Assembly (NCBI GenBank): GCA_946804195.1
Contig: CAMPEU010000017.1
Location: forward strand, 3,533-67,532
From: an uncultured Candidatus Saccharibacteria bacterium
Lineage (GTDB): Bacteria; Patescibacteriota; Saccharimonadia; Saccharimonadales; Saccharimonadaceae
Direction of reading: 5' to 3'
Length of the DNA stretch: 64,000 nt
Part shown: one piece after another, positions 17,673-25,609 of the stretch
Numbering within the stretch: the stretch's first letter is position 1
Layout: the number at the start of each line of letters is the position of its first letter
Program-made: the position numbers and the translations under genes
Notes under the pieces: generated by a model
Database searches by the model: none
Told to the model about the DNA's origin: nothing
The model's input: the letters and a program-made list of their open reading frames with translations, nothing else

Positions 17673-17851
17673 TTGACGTTCATTATAGCATGAGCGTTAT
17701 TAGACGTCTAATATTATTTCGGGGGTACAATGTAAAAAGTGAATACCATTGCAGCCAACTACAGTACGGCATCAGAAATAAACGCGCACCCCTGGAATAA
17801 GCAATAGGATTATTGCTTATTTTACAATTTTAATGTATAATTAGCTTTATT

Positions 17852-18094
17852 ATGGAAACCAACGACAACTACCAAGGACTAAAAGCATGGTATACGGACG
17901 AGGTCACTCGAGTAGATGAACTTGCTGACACGCTTCGAATATACCTCGATGATAGCGAATCAATCACTTCAGAAGTGCAAGGTAGCGAAATTGGTGCCGA
18001 GGTTGTCCATAGCCTTGGTGAAGTTAAGGGTGCACGAGCAATACTCGCCTCTCTGGCAACGGTCATTGCAATCAAGAACCTCCCCGAAGCGTAA
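17852..18094 (+). CDS. Hypothetical small acidic protein
   Basis: 80 aa, preceded by TTGCTT-N17-TATAAT. No recognisable motif. Confidence 0.4.
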   Translation: METNDNYQGLKAWYTDEVTRVDELADTLRIYLDDSESITSEVQGSEIGAEVVHSLGEVKGARAILASLATVIAIKNLPEA

Positions 18095-18107
18095 CCGTCT
18101 TATTTGC

Positions 18108-18136
18108 TTGACTTTTTCATGACAATTTGTTATAAT
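18108..18136 (+). promoter_or_regulatory. Promoter TTGACT-N17-TATAAT upstream of the GGDEF gene
   Basis: Near-consensus hexamers with 17-nt spacing, 27 nt upstream of the ATG at 18164. Confidence 0.6.
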
Positions 18137-18163
18137 CTATTTGTATTATAAACAAAACAAAAA

Positions 18164-19048
18164 ATGTCAGAATTACCATTACACATTCAAAAACGACCGG
18201 ATCTCGATAGTACAGAAAATCAAAAGAGACCGCCCCTCACTCGTGAGCAAGCTCAAAGATTTGGTCGTATTACCCTAGGAAAGTCTCCCTCATTTCCAGG
18301 TGATACTCATAGACTACCAAAAAATAGCGCCCCTGTTGATACTGCAAACCTTGCTACGGCAAATATTTTGATGGACGCATACGATGCAGGTAGAAACAGC
18401 GTCACCCCTTCTCGTGAAGTAATTGCCACCCAAATAGATGAAGCATGGAAAAATCATCATACAAACTCAAACACGGAACAAGCAGAAATAGCTTATAGGC
18501 AAGCAGAAGCTGAGACAGAGGAAACTATTATCAAATCGCTAAAAGACGGTCTAACCGGCCTACCCAACCGCGAAGCCCTGGAGGAACACGTCAAAAAAGT
18601 TGGAATCGAAGGCCTGAGTGGTCTTGCTATGATTGATTTAAATGACTTTAAAAGTGTAAACGATGAATTTGGCGGACACCGCGTGGGTGATGAAGTCTTG
18701 ATAGAATTTGCAGGTATTTTGCAGGAGGAGCTTGCAGATGTTGGCTTACCCGCCAGAACGGGTGGCGACGAATTCGCTGTAGCTCTATTTAAAAATGCCG
18801 CCCCAGAGAAGATCAATCAGGCGCTACTAAAGATCAAACAAAGAACGTCCGCTATCACCAAACCGAGAACAGCTGAAACATCTGAAAAAGATACCCGACA
18901 ACAGTGGCGAGCAGGTGCGAGCATTGGTTATATACCTAGTAATAAATTCCAAACCATCGAGGAAGGGTTGGAAATGGCGGATAAATCTATGTACACCGAT
19001 AAACACAGGGGACAAGAATTTGTTCCGCGCAGCGAACGCAGACCATAA
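18164..19048 (+). CDS. Diguanylate cyclase (GGDEF domain) with unrecognised ~130-aa N-terminal region
   Basis: GLTGLPNREAL..., MIDLNDFKSVNDEFGGHRVGDEVL, ARTGGDEFAV (intact GGDEF). No RxxD I-site immediately upstream of GGDEF. Confidence 0.85.
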   Translation: MSELPLHIQKRPDLDSTENQKRPPLTREQAQRFGRITLGKSPSFPGDTHRLPKNSAPVDTANLATANILMDAYDAGRNSVTPSREVIATQIDEAWKNHHTNSNTEQAEIAYRQAEAETEETIIKSLKDGLTGLPNREALEEHVKKVGIEGLSGLAMIDLNDFKSVNDEFGGHRVGDEVLIEFAGILQEELADVGLPARTGGDEFAVALFKNAAPEKINQALLKIKQRTSAITKPRTAETSEKDTRQQWRAGASIGYIPSNKFQTIEEGLEMADKSMYTDKHRGQEFVPRSERRP

Positions 19049-19208
19049 ATAACCCTCGGTATCCTGATATAAAATTTGCATATGATGCATGCAATAGCCA
19101 GGAGTGTCATTCACTGGGACATGATAGCGCAAAACAGGGGTAAACTCATTGACCGTTATCCGTTAGCGTGATACGATGAAGCAGTAAACTTACAAAAACA
19201 AATAGAAA

Positions 19209-20849
19209 ATGATACATACAAAAACAAGAACCTTCCCGATTCTCATAAATATCAAGTCGGTCTCCTCGGCTTTTCTTTCGTTGTGTCTCATTTTATCCCT
19301 AATACCTGCTGATTTAGCATTCGCAGACGCGAACCAACTGTTTATTACCCCTAGCTCATCGCAAATGACCAAGGGAACAACATTTTGCGTTGATCTAAAA
19401 AGCTACGCCGATACAGATCAATCAGACGGAACAGCCGGCGGTAGCCTGACATATCCCACCAGTAAACTGCAGGTAAAATCTATCATGACTAACGGCAATA
19501 AATGCCAAGGGAGCACAAGCAGTCACTACGGCAAACCTTCAATAACGCAACAATCGGGTAAGGTTATTTTTAACGCATCGCGCAACCCGGCACCAAGCGG
19601 TATAGCACAAATTATTGCTGTCACCTTCAAGGCAACTGGTGCTGGTACTGCTATCGTTGGTCTCTCTGACGACAGCAGAGTTAATACAGCGACAACCACG
19701 TATAATGTTGGCTCGTTTGTTATTACAGATCCGACACCACCAGCACCAAGCTCCTCCCCTTCCTCTCCGTCCTCGCCAAGCCCCATACCATCTAGTACGC
19801 CCGCCCCGGTCGTATCAAAACCAAACTCATCGGATGATGATGACACCGCAGACACGACACCCACCCCAGACCCCACGGGCCTCGTAGACAATGTTACGGT
19901 TGACGGATCTTATACCTCAGCAACCATCACATGGGACGTAAATGTAAAAAACGGCACATCAACATTAAACTATGGCGTAGACGCTGTTAACCTAGATCAA
20001 GTCGCAAAAATAAGCAAGAAATCCCAAACATTTAATACTACAATCGATGGCTTGATACCTGGTGAACAATATTATTTCACCATCACCGGAAAAGGTGGGT
20101 CGAAAGAGGGAGAATATAGTGGCACAATTTATACTCGTGGCTACCCTATCATCCTCAATATTACAGAGAATGATGTTCCGGCAGCTAACGCTCGTGTTAG
20201 TATCGGAAATATTAGTCGTACCACCGACGCAAATGGCAAACTACCGCTCACTCTGGGTGAAGGAGACTATTCAGGTAAGATTACGACGAGTACGGCTACG
20301 CAAAATATCAATCTGACCGTCAAGAAAAAAGTAATTCCAGTGGATGGCACCGCACCAGACGTACAAACATACCCTTATAACCTCAGTAGTTCGTTATTAG
20401 AGCAGGGGCCCGGAACGGGAACTTCTATCTTGGCATTCGTGGGCATTCTTGCTGTTGGCTTGGTAGTATTGGGTATTGGTTTTGTCGGATTTGTATCGTA
20501 TCGAAGACGACGTTTTGAATCAGGCGATGCACCATCTCAATCTAACACATCATCCGTTATCGTCGATGATGGCTATAACTGGCAACAGCAAGCCCCACCG
20601 GCAGGCACTGCCCGCCCAGTGTCTGCGCCCACACAAGCGCAAGCACTACCGCCACCACCCTCAAAGCCAACGCATAATAATTCAGTTTTTATTGACGACG
20701 ATGAACCTGTCGATATGTTTGATTCCGTGGACAGTCCAAGGAAAAATCAAACTGAAGAACCTGAACAAAATAGTGATACACCAACCAAAGATGAGACCGC
20801 CACAAACACCACGTCTAACAAAGATTCAGATATAACTATCTCTCACTAG
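19209..20849 (+). CDS. Cell-surface protein: signal peptide, cohesin-like domain, Pro/Ser linker, FN3-like and CarboxypepD_reg-like domains, TM, Pro-rich cytoplasmic tail
   Basis: Signal ...LIPADLAFA; cohesin-like QLFITPSSSQMTKGTTFCVDL...IAQIIAVTFKATGAGTA; PAPSSSPSSPSSPSPIPSS linker; TITWDV...GEQYYFTITG; TM ILAFVGILAVGLVVLGIGFVGFV followed by YRRRR. Confidence 0.65.
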   Translation: MIHTKTRTFPILINIKSVSSAFLSLCLILSLIPADLAFADANQLFITPSSSQMTKGTTFCVDLKSYADTDQSDGTAGGSLTYPTSKLQVKSIMTNGNKCQGSTSSHYGKPSITQQSGKVIFNASRNPAPSGIAQIIAVTFKATGAGTAIVGLSDDSRVNTATTTYNVGSFVITDPTPPAPSSSPSSPSSPSPIPSSTPAPVVSKPNSSDDDDTADTTPTPDPTGLVDNVTVDGSYTSATITWDVNVKNGTSTLNYGVDAVNLDQVAKISKKSQTFNTTIDGLIPGEQYYFTITGKGGSKEGEYSGTIYTRGYPIILNITENDVPAANARVSIGNISRTTDANGKLPLTLGEGDYSGKITTSTATQNINLTVKKKVIPVDGTAPDVQTYPYNLSSSLLEQGPGTGTSILAFVGILAVGLVVLGIGFVGFVSYRRRRFESGDAPSQSNTSSVIVDDGYNWQQQAPPAGTARPVSAPTQAQALPPPPSKPTHNNSVFIDDDEPVDMFDSVDSPRKNQTEEPEQNSDTPTKDETATNTTSNKDSDITISH

Positions 20850-21438
20850 AGTCGAGGCGTGACTGAACAAAGTTCCAGTTCACTACATTCCACCATGACT
20901 CCACATAGTCATCACGCTTGTTCTTGTAATCCAAATAATATGCATGCTCCCATACATCCAAGCCAAGGAGCGGCTCTGGCATACCTAGCATTAACGGCGT
21001 ATCCTGATTTGGCGTTGTGATAATACTACAGTCTGGCTGTAGCCACACCCATCCACTGCCAAAAACACCAAGGGCTTTTTTCGTAAACTCATCAACAAAA
21101 CTCTGAAAATCACCGTATTTTTCAGTAATTTGCTGAGCTAGCTCACCCGATGGCTCGCCACCACCGTCAGGTGACATCCACTCCCAAAAAAGTGTATGAT
21201 TATAATGACCACCACCATGATTCCGTATCGCCAAGCGTACATCATCTGGTAGCGAATCGATATTTTTCAGCAAATCCCCTAGCTGCTTTTCCCGCAAATC
21301 AGTATGCTTATCTAGTGCAGTATTCAACTTATCAACATACGTCTGATGATGCTTGCTGTGATGCAACTGCATAATATCTTTGCTGATGTATTCCCCTAAC
21401 GCATCGTACGCATAAGAAAGTTGTGGTAATGTATGCAT
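20836..21438 (-). CDS. sodA: Fe/Mn superoxide dismutase
   Basis: HTLPQLSYAYDALGEYISKDIMQLHHSKHHQTYV and DVWEHAYYL signatures; AGGAG RBS. Confidence 0.95.
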   Translation of the reverse strand: MHTLPQLSYAYDALGEYISKDIMQLHHSKHHQTYVDKLNTALDKHTDLREKQLGDLLKNIDSLPDDVRLAIRNHGGGHYNHTLFWEWMSPDGGGEPSGELAQQITEKYGDFQSFVDEFTKKALGVFGSGWVWLQPDCSIITTPNQDTPLMLGMPEPLLGLDVWEHAYYLDYKNKRDDYVESWWNVVNWNFVQSRLDSSER

Positions 21439-21453
21439 GATAATTTTCTCCTA

Positions 21454-22512
21454 TTATTTAGTTAAGGTAGTCGCTATTTGGGGCACATTGATATATTCAT
21501 CAATACGACCACCGTCTCTAGCGGCCTTTAGACGAGCATCGAATTCAGTAAGGGGTACTTTGAGATATGCGTAGCTCACTCTGTTATTATCATCTTTCTC
21601 GAGCAACTTGACGATATAATAACCATCACCCGTTGTTGAACGGAACGGCTGTGAAATTTTACCCACCGACAAACGAGCAGCCTCTGCAGCTAAGCCGCCA
21701 TCCTGATTATTTTCAGGAACCAGTGGTGTAGCGCCAGCAAATACCTTTGCACCTCCCTCGGATTTGATTGCTTTAGCAATAACGCCAAAGTCCTTCTCGC
21801 TTTTTAACATCGCTACGATTTGATTCTTTTGTTTGATTGCTACCTTGTCAATCTGATAGGCAACTTCTTGTCGCAATAATCTTGCACCCGTTACTTCTCT
21901 CGCTTCAGCGGGCGTCCAATTGAAATGATCAAGGACGATTGCATCATATGTTTCCTGAGACGTTACACCGTCTCTTGACTCCCTCTGTCGCTCGATAGCA
22001 CGATCAATTTGAGCATCGCTTACTGAAATCCCCGCTTCTCTTGCTAGCTTTTGTGCAAATGCATCAGCTATCGCATCATCGAGTGCTTTACGCTTGATAT
22101 ACTCAAGTTGATGTTTGAATTCATCGCTATATAGATTAATGCCTTCTTTGTTCTGAAGATAATGTTCCTGTGAGCGAAAACCAACAAGATAATTACCATA
22201 TTGAACCTGTTCACCCTCTATAACCGCAACAGGGAGAGGTAAAACGCGAGTAATACGATAGAAAAATGTAGAGGTATTTTGTGAGGGGTATAGCTGCCAC
22301 CACAAAATGACCAAAAGGGCTACTAACGCTACGACACTGATAACAACCGCATTAATAACTAAACGATGACGTGCGTACTGTACGGGGTACTTAAAGCGTC
22401 TACCGCCCGCCAGCACACGCTCACGGTGCTCTGCGACGGTCTCATTAGTAATACGACGGTGTTCCGCATGTTCTAACTTACCCTTTTTCCTAAATCGACG
22501 GAGTTTATTCAT
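21454..22512 (-). CDS. Membrane-anchored SurA/PrsA-like chaperone / parvulin-type PPIase-like protein
   Basis: N-terminal TM, SurA-N-like helical region, and C-terminal ...VGKISQPFRSTTGDGYYIVKLL that resembles a rotamase domain. Weak call. Confidence 0.5.
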   Translation of the reverse strand: MNKLRRFRKKGKLEHAEHRRITNETVAEHRERVLAGGRRFKYPVQYARHRLVINAVVISVVALVALLVILWWQLYPSQNTSTFFYRITRVLPLPVAVIEGEQVQYGNYLVGFRSQEHYLQNKEGINLYSDEFKHQLEYIKRKALDDAIADAFAQKLAREAGISVSDAQIDRAIERQRESRDGVTSQETYDAIVLDHFNWTPAEAREVTGARLLRQEVAYQIDKVAIKQKNQIVAMLKSEKDFGVIAKAIKSEGGAKVFAGATPLVPENNQDGGLAAEAARLSVGKISQPFRSTTGDGYYIVKLLEKDDNNRVSYAYLKVPLTEFDARLKAARDGGRIDEYINVPQIATTLTK

Positions 22513-23014
22513 CTATGTCCTGCGTACCTTCTACTGCGGCGACAGCATCTTGTAACTTATTATATATTTCTTGTGGATGCTCTACTTTACTAATAATCAA
22601 ATCTCCAACGTATGTCTGAACAACGATAGTCCCGAAGCCCAGTACTTCTCCGCTGAATCCTGGGATATTATAACTTATGCTTTGTATCTTGGACAGACCA
22701 AGCTCAACGACATCCTTACCAAAGAAGCCCTTTTGCGTTACCTGACGCAATCTCTGATCAGTCACTATATAAATCGTGTAGTACCACAGTAGGTAGTGGT
22801 ACAGAAACAGCATCAATCCGAGCACAAAACCACCCACTGGAATCCAATAAACCTCAAGTACTGTTGGCCAAATAAAGACCGGAATAGAGGTTAGCGCAAC
22901 TGGAGCAAACAGTAGCCAAAAGCCTTTTCGCATAGCTATGACATGTCTGCGAAAAATAAATAATAATTTTTCGCCATCGCGTTGACCCTCGAAATCACGT
23001 TTGGCTTTTGCCAT
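22505..23014 (-). CDS. Bacterial PH-domain (YdbS/YdbT-like, membrane-flanked) protein
   Basis: Two TM segments followed by YIVTDQRLRQVTQKGFFGKDVVELGLSKIQSISYN..GFGTIVVQT. Confidence 0.6.
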   Translation of the reverse strand: MAKAKRDFEGQRDGEKLLFIFRRHVIAMRKGFWLLFAPVALTSIPVFIWPTVLEVYWIPVGGFVLGLMLFLYHYLLWYYTIYIVTDQRLRQVTQKGFFGKDVVELGLSKIQSISYNIPGFSGEVLGFGTIVVQTYVGDLIISKVEHPQEIYNKLQDAVAAVEGTQDIDE

Positions 23015-23028
23015 ATATCTATATTACC

Positions 23029-23047
23029 ATGGTACCCCGGGCAGGAG
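23029..23047. repeat. 19-nt direct repeat ATGGTACCCCGGGCAGGAG; second copy at 23200..23218 is the 3' end of tRNA-Arg
   Basis: Exact 19/19 match read directly from the sequence; the copies are 171 nt apart. Confidence 0.8.
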
Positions 23048-23200
23048 GACGCTTCGATGACAGACTGGCCTAAAGGCTATTCCATCATCGGCTATAAGCT
23101 GTACAAATTAAAAATTGGACAGCTTGCGAACCTTGACGGTTCGGATTCGTGTCACGAATCTACCATAGAAATACGGCCAGTGAACTTGGCCGTATTTCTA

Positions 23201-23277
23201 TGGTACCCCGGGCAGGAGTCGAACCTGCAACCTTATCCTTAGGACGGATCTGCTCTATCCAGTTGAGCTACCGAGGC
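23201..23277 (-). tRNA. tRNA-Arg (anticodon CCT), CCA encoded
   Basis: Acceptor GCCTCGG/CCGGGGT (two G-U pairs), D arm GCTC-AACTGGATA-GAGC, anticodon loop GTCCTAA, T arm GCAGG-TTCGACT-CCTGC. Confidence 0.85.
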
Positions 23278-23321
23278 ACACCCCATATTTTAGCAGGTGT
23301 CACCGCTGTAGCCAATTCGAA

Positions 23322-23831
23322 CTATCGAGTGAACTTCTCGTGCGCCGTCGGGTATTCGTAAAGCTCACCATCCGCAAACCAATGTGCAATCTCTTTTTCA
23401 GCCTCTTCAGGATCACCGCTCGCATGAATCAAATTCGGTATTCCTTTGTCAGCAGAATCAGCATAACCAAAGCTCATATGTGAATAATCGCCACGAATCG
23501 TACCAGGTAGTGCGGATTTTGGCTCTGTAGTACCGACCAGTTTACGAACGAGCGCAACTGCCTCTACCCCTTCGAATACCATCGCAATGACAGGTCCTTC
23601 GACCATCATCTTGAGCGTTACATCAAACGCATGCTCGCCACGACGCGTGATCATCTGACCGATTTCTTCGTAATGACGGTGGTAGTGTTCCTTATTTGGC
23701 TTAATCATCTTTGTTGCCACGATTTTTAGGCCGACTCGTTCGAATCGTGACAGTATCTCTCCCACTAAACCGCGCTGAACTGTATCAGGCTTAAAAACTA
23801 CCAATGTTTTCTCAACATCATTTAAACTCAT
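23322..23831 (-). CDS. ndk: Nucleoside diphosphate kinase
   Basis: TLVVFKPDTVQRGLVGEILSRFERVGLKIV, TIRGDY and NLIHASG (active-site His). Confidence 0.9.
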   Translation of the reverse strand: MSLNDVEKTLVVFKPDTVQRGLVGEILSRFERVGLKIVATKMIKPNKEHYHRHYEEIGQMITRRGEHAFDVTLKMMVEGPVIAMVFEGVEAVALVRKLVGTTEPKSALPGTIRGDYSHMSFGYADSADKGIPNLIHASGDPEEAEKEIAHWFADGELYEYPTAHEKFTR

Positions 23832-23855
23832 AAAACTCCTTTGTCTTTTGAGTTA

Positions 23856-24641
23856 TTATAACAAAAGTATTCCGACAAGAACAGTGGCCAAGCCGAGGCG
23901 ATACCAACCAAAAACTGCTAAGCTATGTTTTGACAAATATTTCATCAAAAAACCTACAGCCAATAGGCCCGATACGAATGCAAACAAGTTACCCAGCAGC
24001 AATGCTCCAAAATTATCCATAAAATAACTAGTGTCCTGCAATATTACTTTCGCCGTCACGCCTAACATTATTGGAATCGACACCAAGAAACTATACTCCG
24101 CTGCCTCTTTTGGATTCAATCCACTCAAACGTCCAGCGATAATAGTAATGCCAGACCGAGAAGTACCAGGTATCAACGCAAGGGTTTGCATGAGGCCAAT
24201 CAGGATAGCTCGCTTAGGCGACAGTTTTTCACCATTGCTTACCGCTGATGCCCTGGGTAGCTTTTCTAGAACAATCAGGACAACACCGACAACCGCTAAC
24301 ATGACCGCTACGACAACGACGCTGCCAAAAAAAGTACTCTCTTCGATAAAATCAGCCGCTAAATAACCTATCAATCCCGCAGGAATCGCAGTAAGTACAA
24401 TGTTACGGGTTAGCGCGTACTTTCGTTCTACAAATAATTCGCGCACAGTCGATCCAATTTTTTTGCGGAAATAATAAATCAATGCCAACATTGTTCCGAT
24501 GTTTATCCACTCCAAAAACAAATGACTTGATGCACCCGCAAAGAAATTTTGCGCAATAACCAAGTGGCCCGAACTACTAATCGGAATAAACTCCGTCAAT
24601 CCCTGAATTAGTCCAAGTATGATGCTCTCAAAAACGCTCAT
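23856..24641 (-). CDS. uppP: Undecaprenyl-diphosphate phosphatase
   Basis: GLIQGLTEFIPISSSGHL and PGTSRSGITI motifs; polytopic membrane protein. Confidence 0.9.
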   Translation of the reverse strand: MSVFESIILGLIQGLTEFIPISSSGHLVIAQNFFAGASSHLFLEWINIGTMLALIYYFRKKIGSTVRELFVERKYALTRNIVLTAIPAGLIGYLAADFIEESTFFGSVVVVAVMLAVVGVVLIVLEKLPRASAVSNGEKLSPKRAILIGLMQTLALIPGTSRSGITIIAGRLSGLNPKEAAEYSFLVSIPIMLGVTAKVILQDTSYFMDNFGALLLGNLFAFVSGLLAVGFLMKYLSKHSLAVFGWYRLGLATVLVGILLL

Positions 24642-24688
24642 TGTTATTATTCTACCCTTTTTCTACCAGCTAAGCTATATTGGATAGT

Positions 24689-25609
24689 ATGTATACCTCC
24701 GAATTACTGGTCGATTTTATTGAGCACATAGAGGTGGAGGGTGGAAGGTCTGCAAAAACAGCCGAAAACTATAGACTATATATCGAAAGATTCGTTGAAT
24801 TTAGCGACGATACCCAGGTGGAAAAAATCACCAGCGAGGTTGTACGGAAGTATCGTCTATGGCTAAATCGATATACAAATAGCAGTGGCGACAGCTTATC
24901 GACAATTACACAAAGCTACCATCTCATTGCATTACGTGGATTCCTACACTACCTATCTTCGCGCGATATATCCAGTCTCGCTCCGAACAAAATTATCCTG
25001 CCAAAAGTAACACGAAAACAAGTGACCTTTTTGTACGAAGATGAAATTAAGCGATTATTAGAGAATATTGACACCTCGAACGAACAAGGACTCCGAGATC
25101 GCGCAATTATTGAATTGTTGTTCACTAGCGGCCTTCGCGTTTCAGAACTCGTTGCTCTCGATCGTGATCACATCAATACAAAACGCCGAGAATTTATGGT
25201 AAGGGGCAAGGGTCAAAAAGACCGACCAATCTTCATGAGTGAAACTGCCGCAAATCACATTGATATATACCTAGAAAAGCGTTCAGACAGCCTTCCCCCT
25301 CTGTTCCTCAACTATAGTCGCAATACTACAACAACAAACAGTGGTGACTTTCGTCGATTAACCACACGTAGCGTTCAGCGACTGTTAAATAAATACGCGC
25401 GCTTGGCCGGTATCACAAAACATGTCAGTCCACACACACTTCGACACAGCTACGCAACTGATTTATTAATGAATGGTGCAGACATACGTTCAGTTCAATC
25501 AATGCTCGGCCATAGTAACATCAGTACGACACAAATCTACACGCACGTTACAGATGAACACCTGCGTGAGGTATTTGAGAAGTTTCACAGCGAGACCAAT
25601 AGCGACTAA
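24689..25609 (+). CDS. Tyrosine recombinase, XerC/XerD family
   Basis: SAM-like N-domain; RDRAIIELLFTSGLRVSEL, HTLRHSYATDLL, GHSNISTTQIYTHV (R-H-R-Y catalytic set). ATG at 24689 lies 7 nt after TATATT; the ORF-track TTG start is at 24680. Confidence 0.85.
   Translation: MYTSELLVDFIEHIEVEGGRSAKTAENYRLYIERFVEFSDDTQVEKITSEVVRKYRLWLNRYTNSSGDSLSTITQSYHLIALRGFLHYLSSRDISSLAPNKIILPKVTRKQVTFLYEDEIKRLLENIDTSNEQGLRDRAIIELLFTSGLRVSELVALDRDHINTKRREFMVRGKGQKDRPIFMSETAANHIDIYLEKRSDSLPPLFLNYSRNTTTTNSGDFRRLTTRSVQRLLNKYARLAGITKHVSPHTLRHSYATDLLMNGADIRSVQSMLGHSNISTTQIYTHVTDEHLREVFEKFHSETNSD

Noticed and set aside
19049-19208. Possible c-di-GMP riboswitch upstream of the surface-protein gene, directly after the GGDEF gene.
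   Set aside because: No GEMM-I/II consensus elements could be found by eye. The region is explained by a promoter (TTGACC-N17-TACGAT) and a short inverted repeat.
22982-23361. ORFs 22982..23242 and 23149..23361 (plus strand).
   Set aside because: They span the tRNA-Arg gene and its duplicated 3' end, and there are no translation signals.
23201-25609. Integrative element composed of the tRNA-Arg att repeat plus the Xer-like recombinase.
   Set aside because: The direct repeats enclose only 152 nt on the other side of the tRNA. Housekeeping ndk and uppP separate the tRNA from the recombinase, which looks like a chromosomal XerC/D rather than a phage-type integrase.
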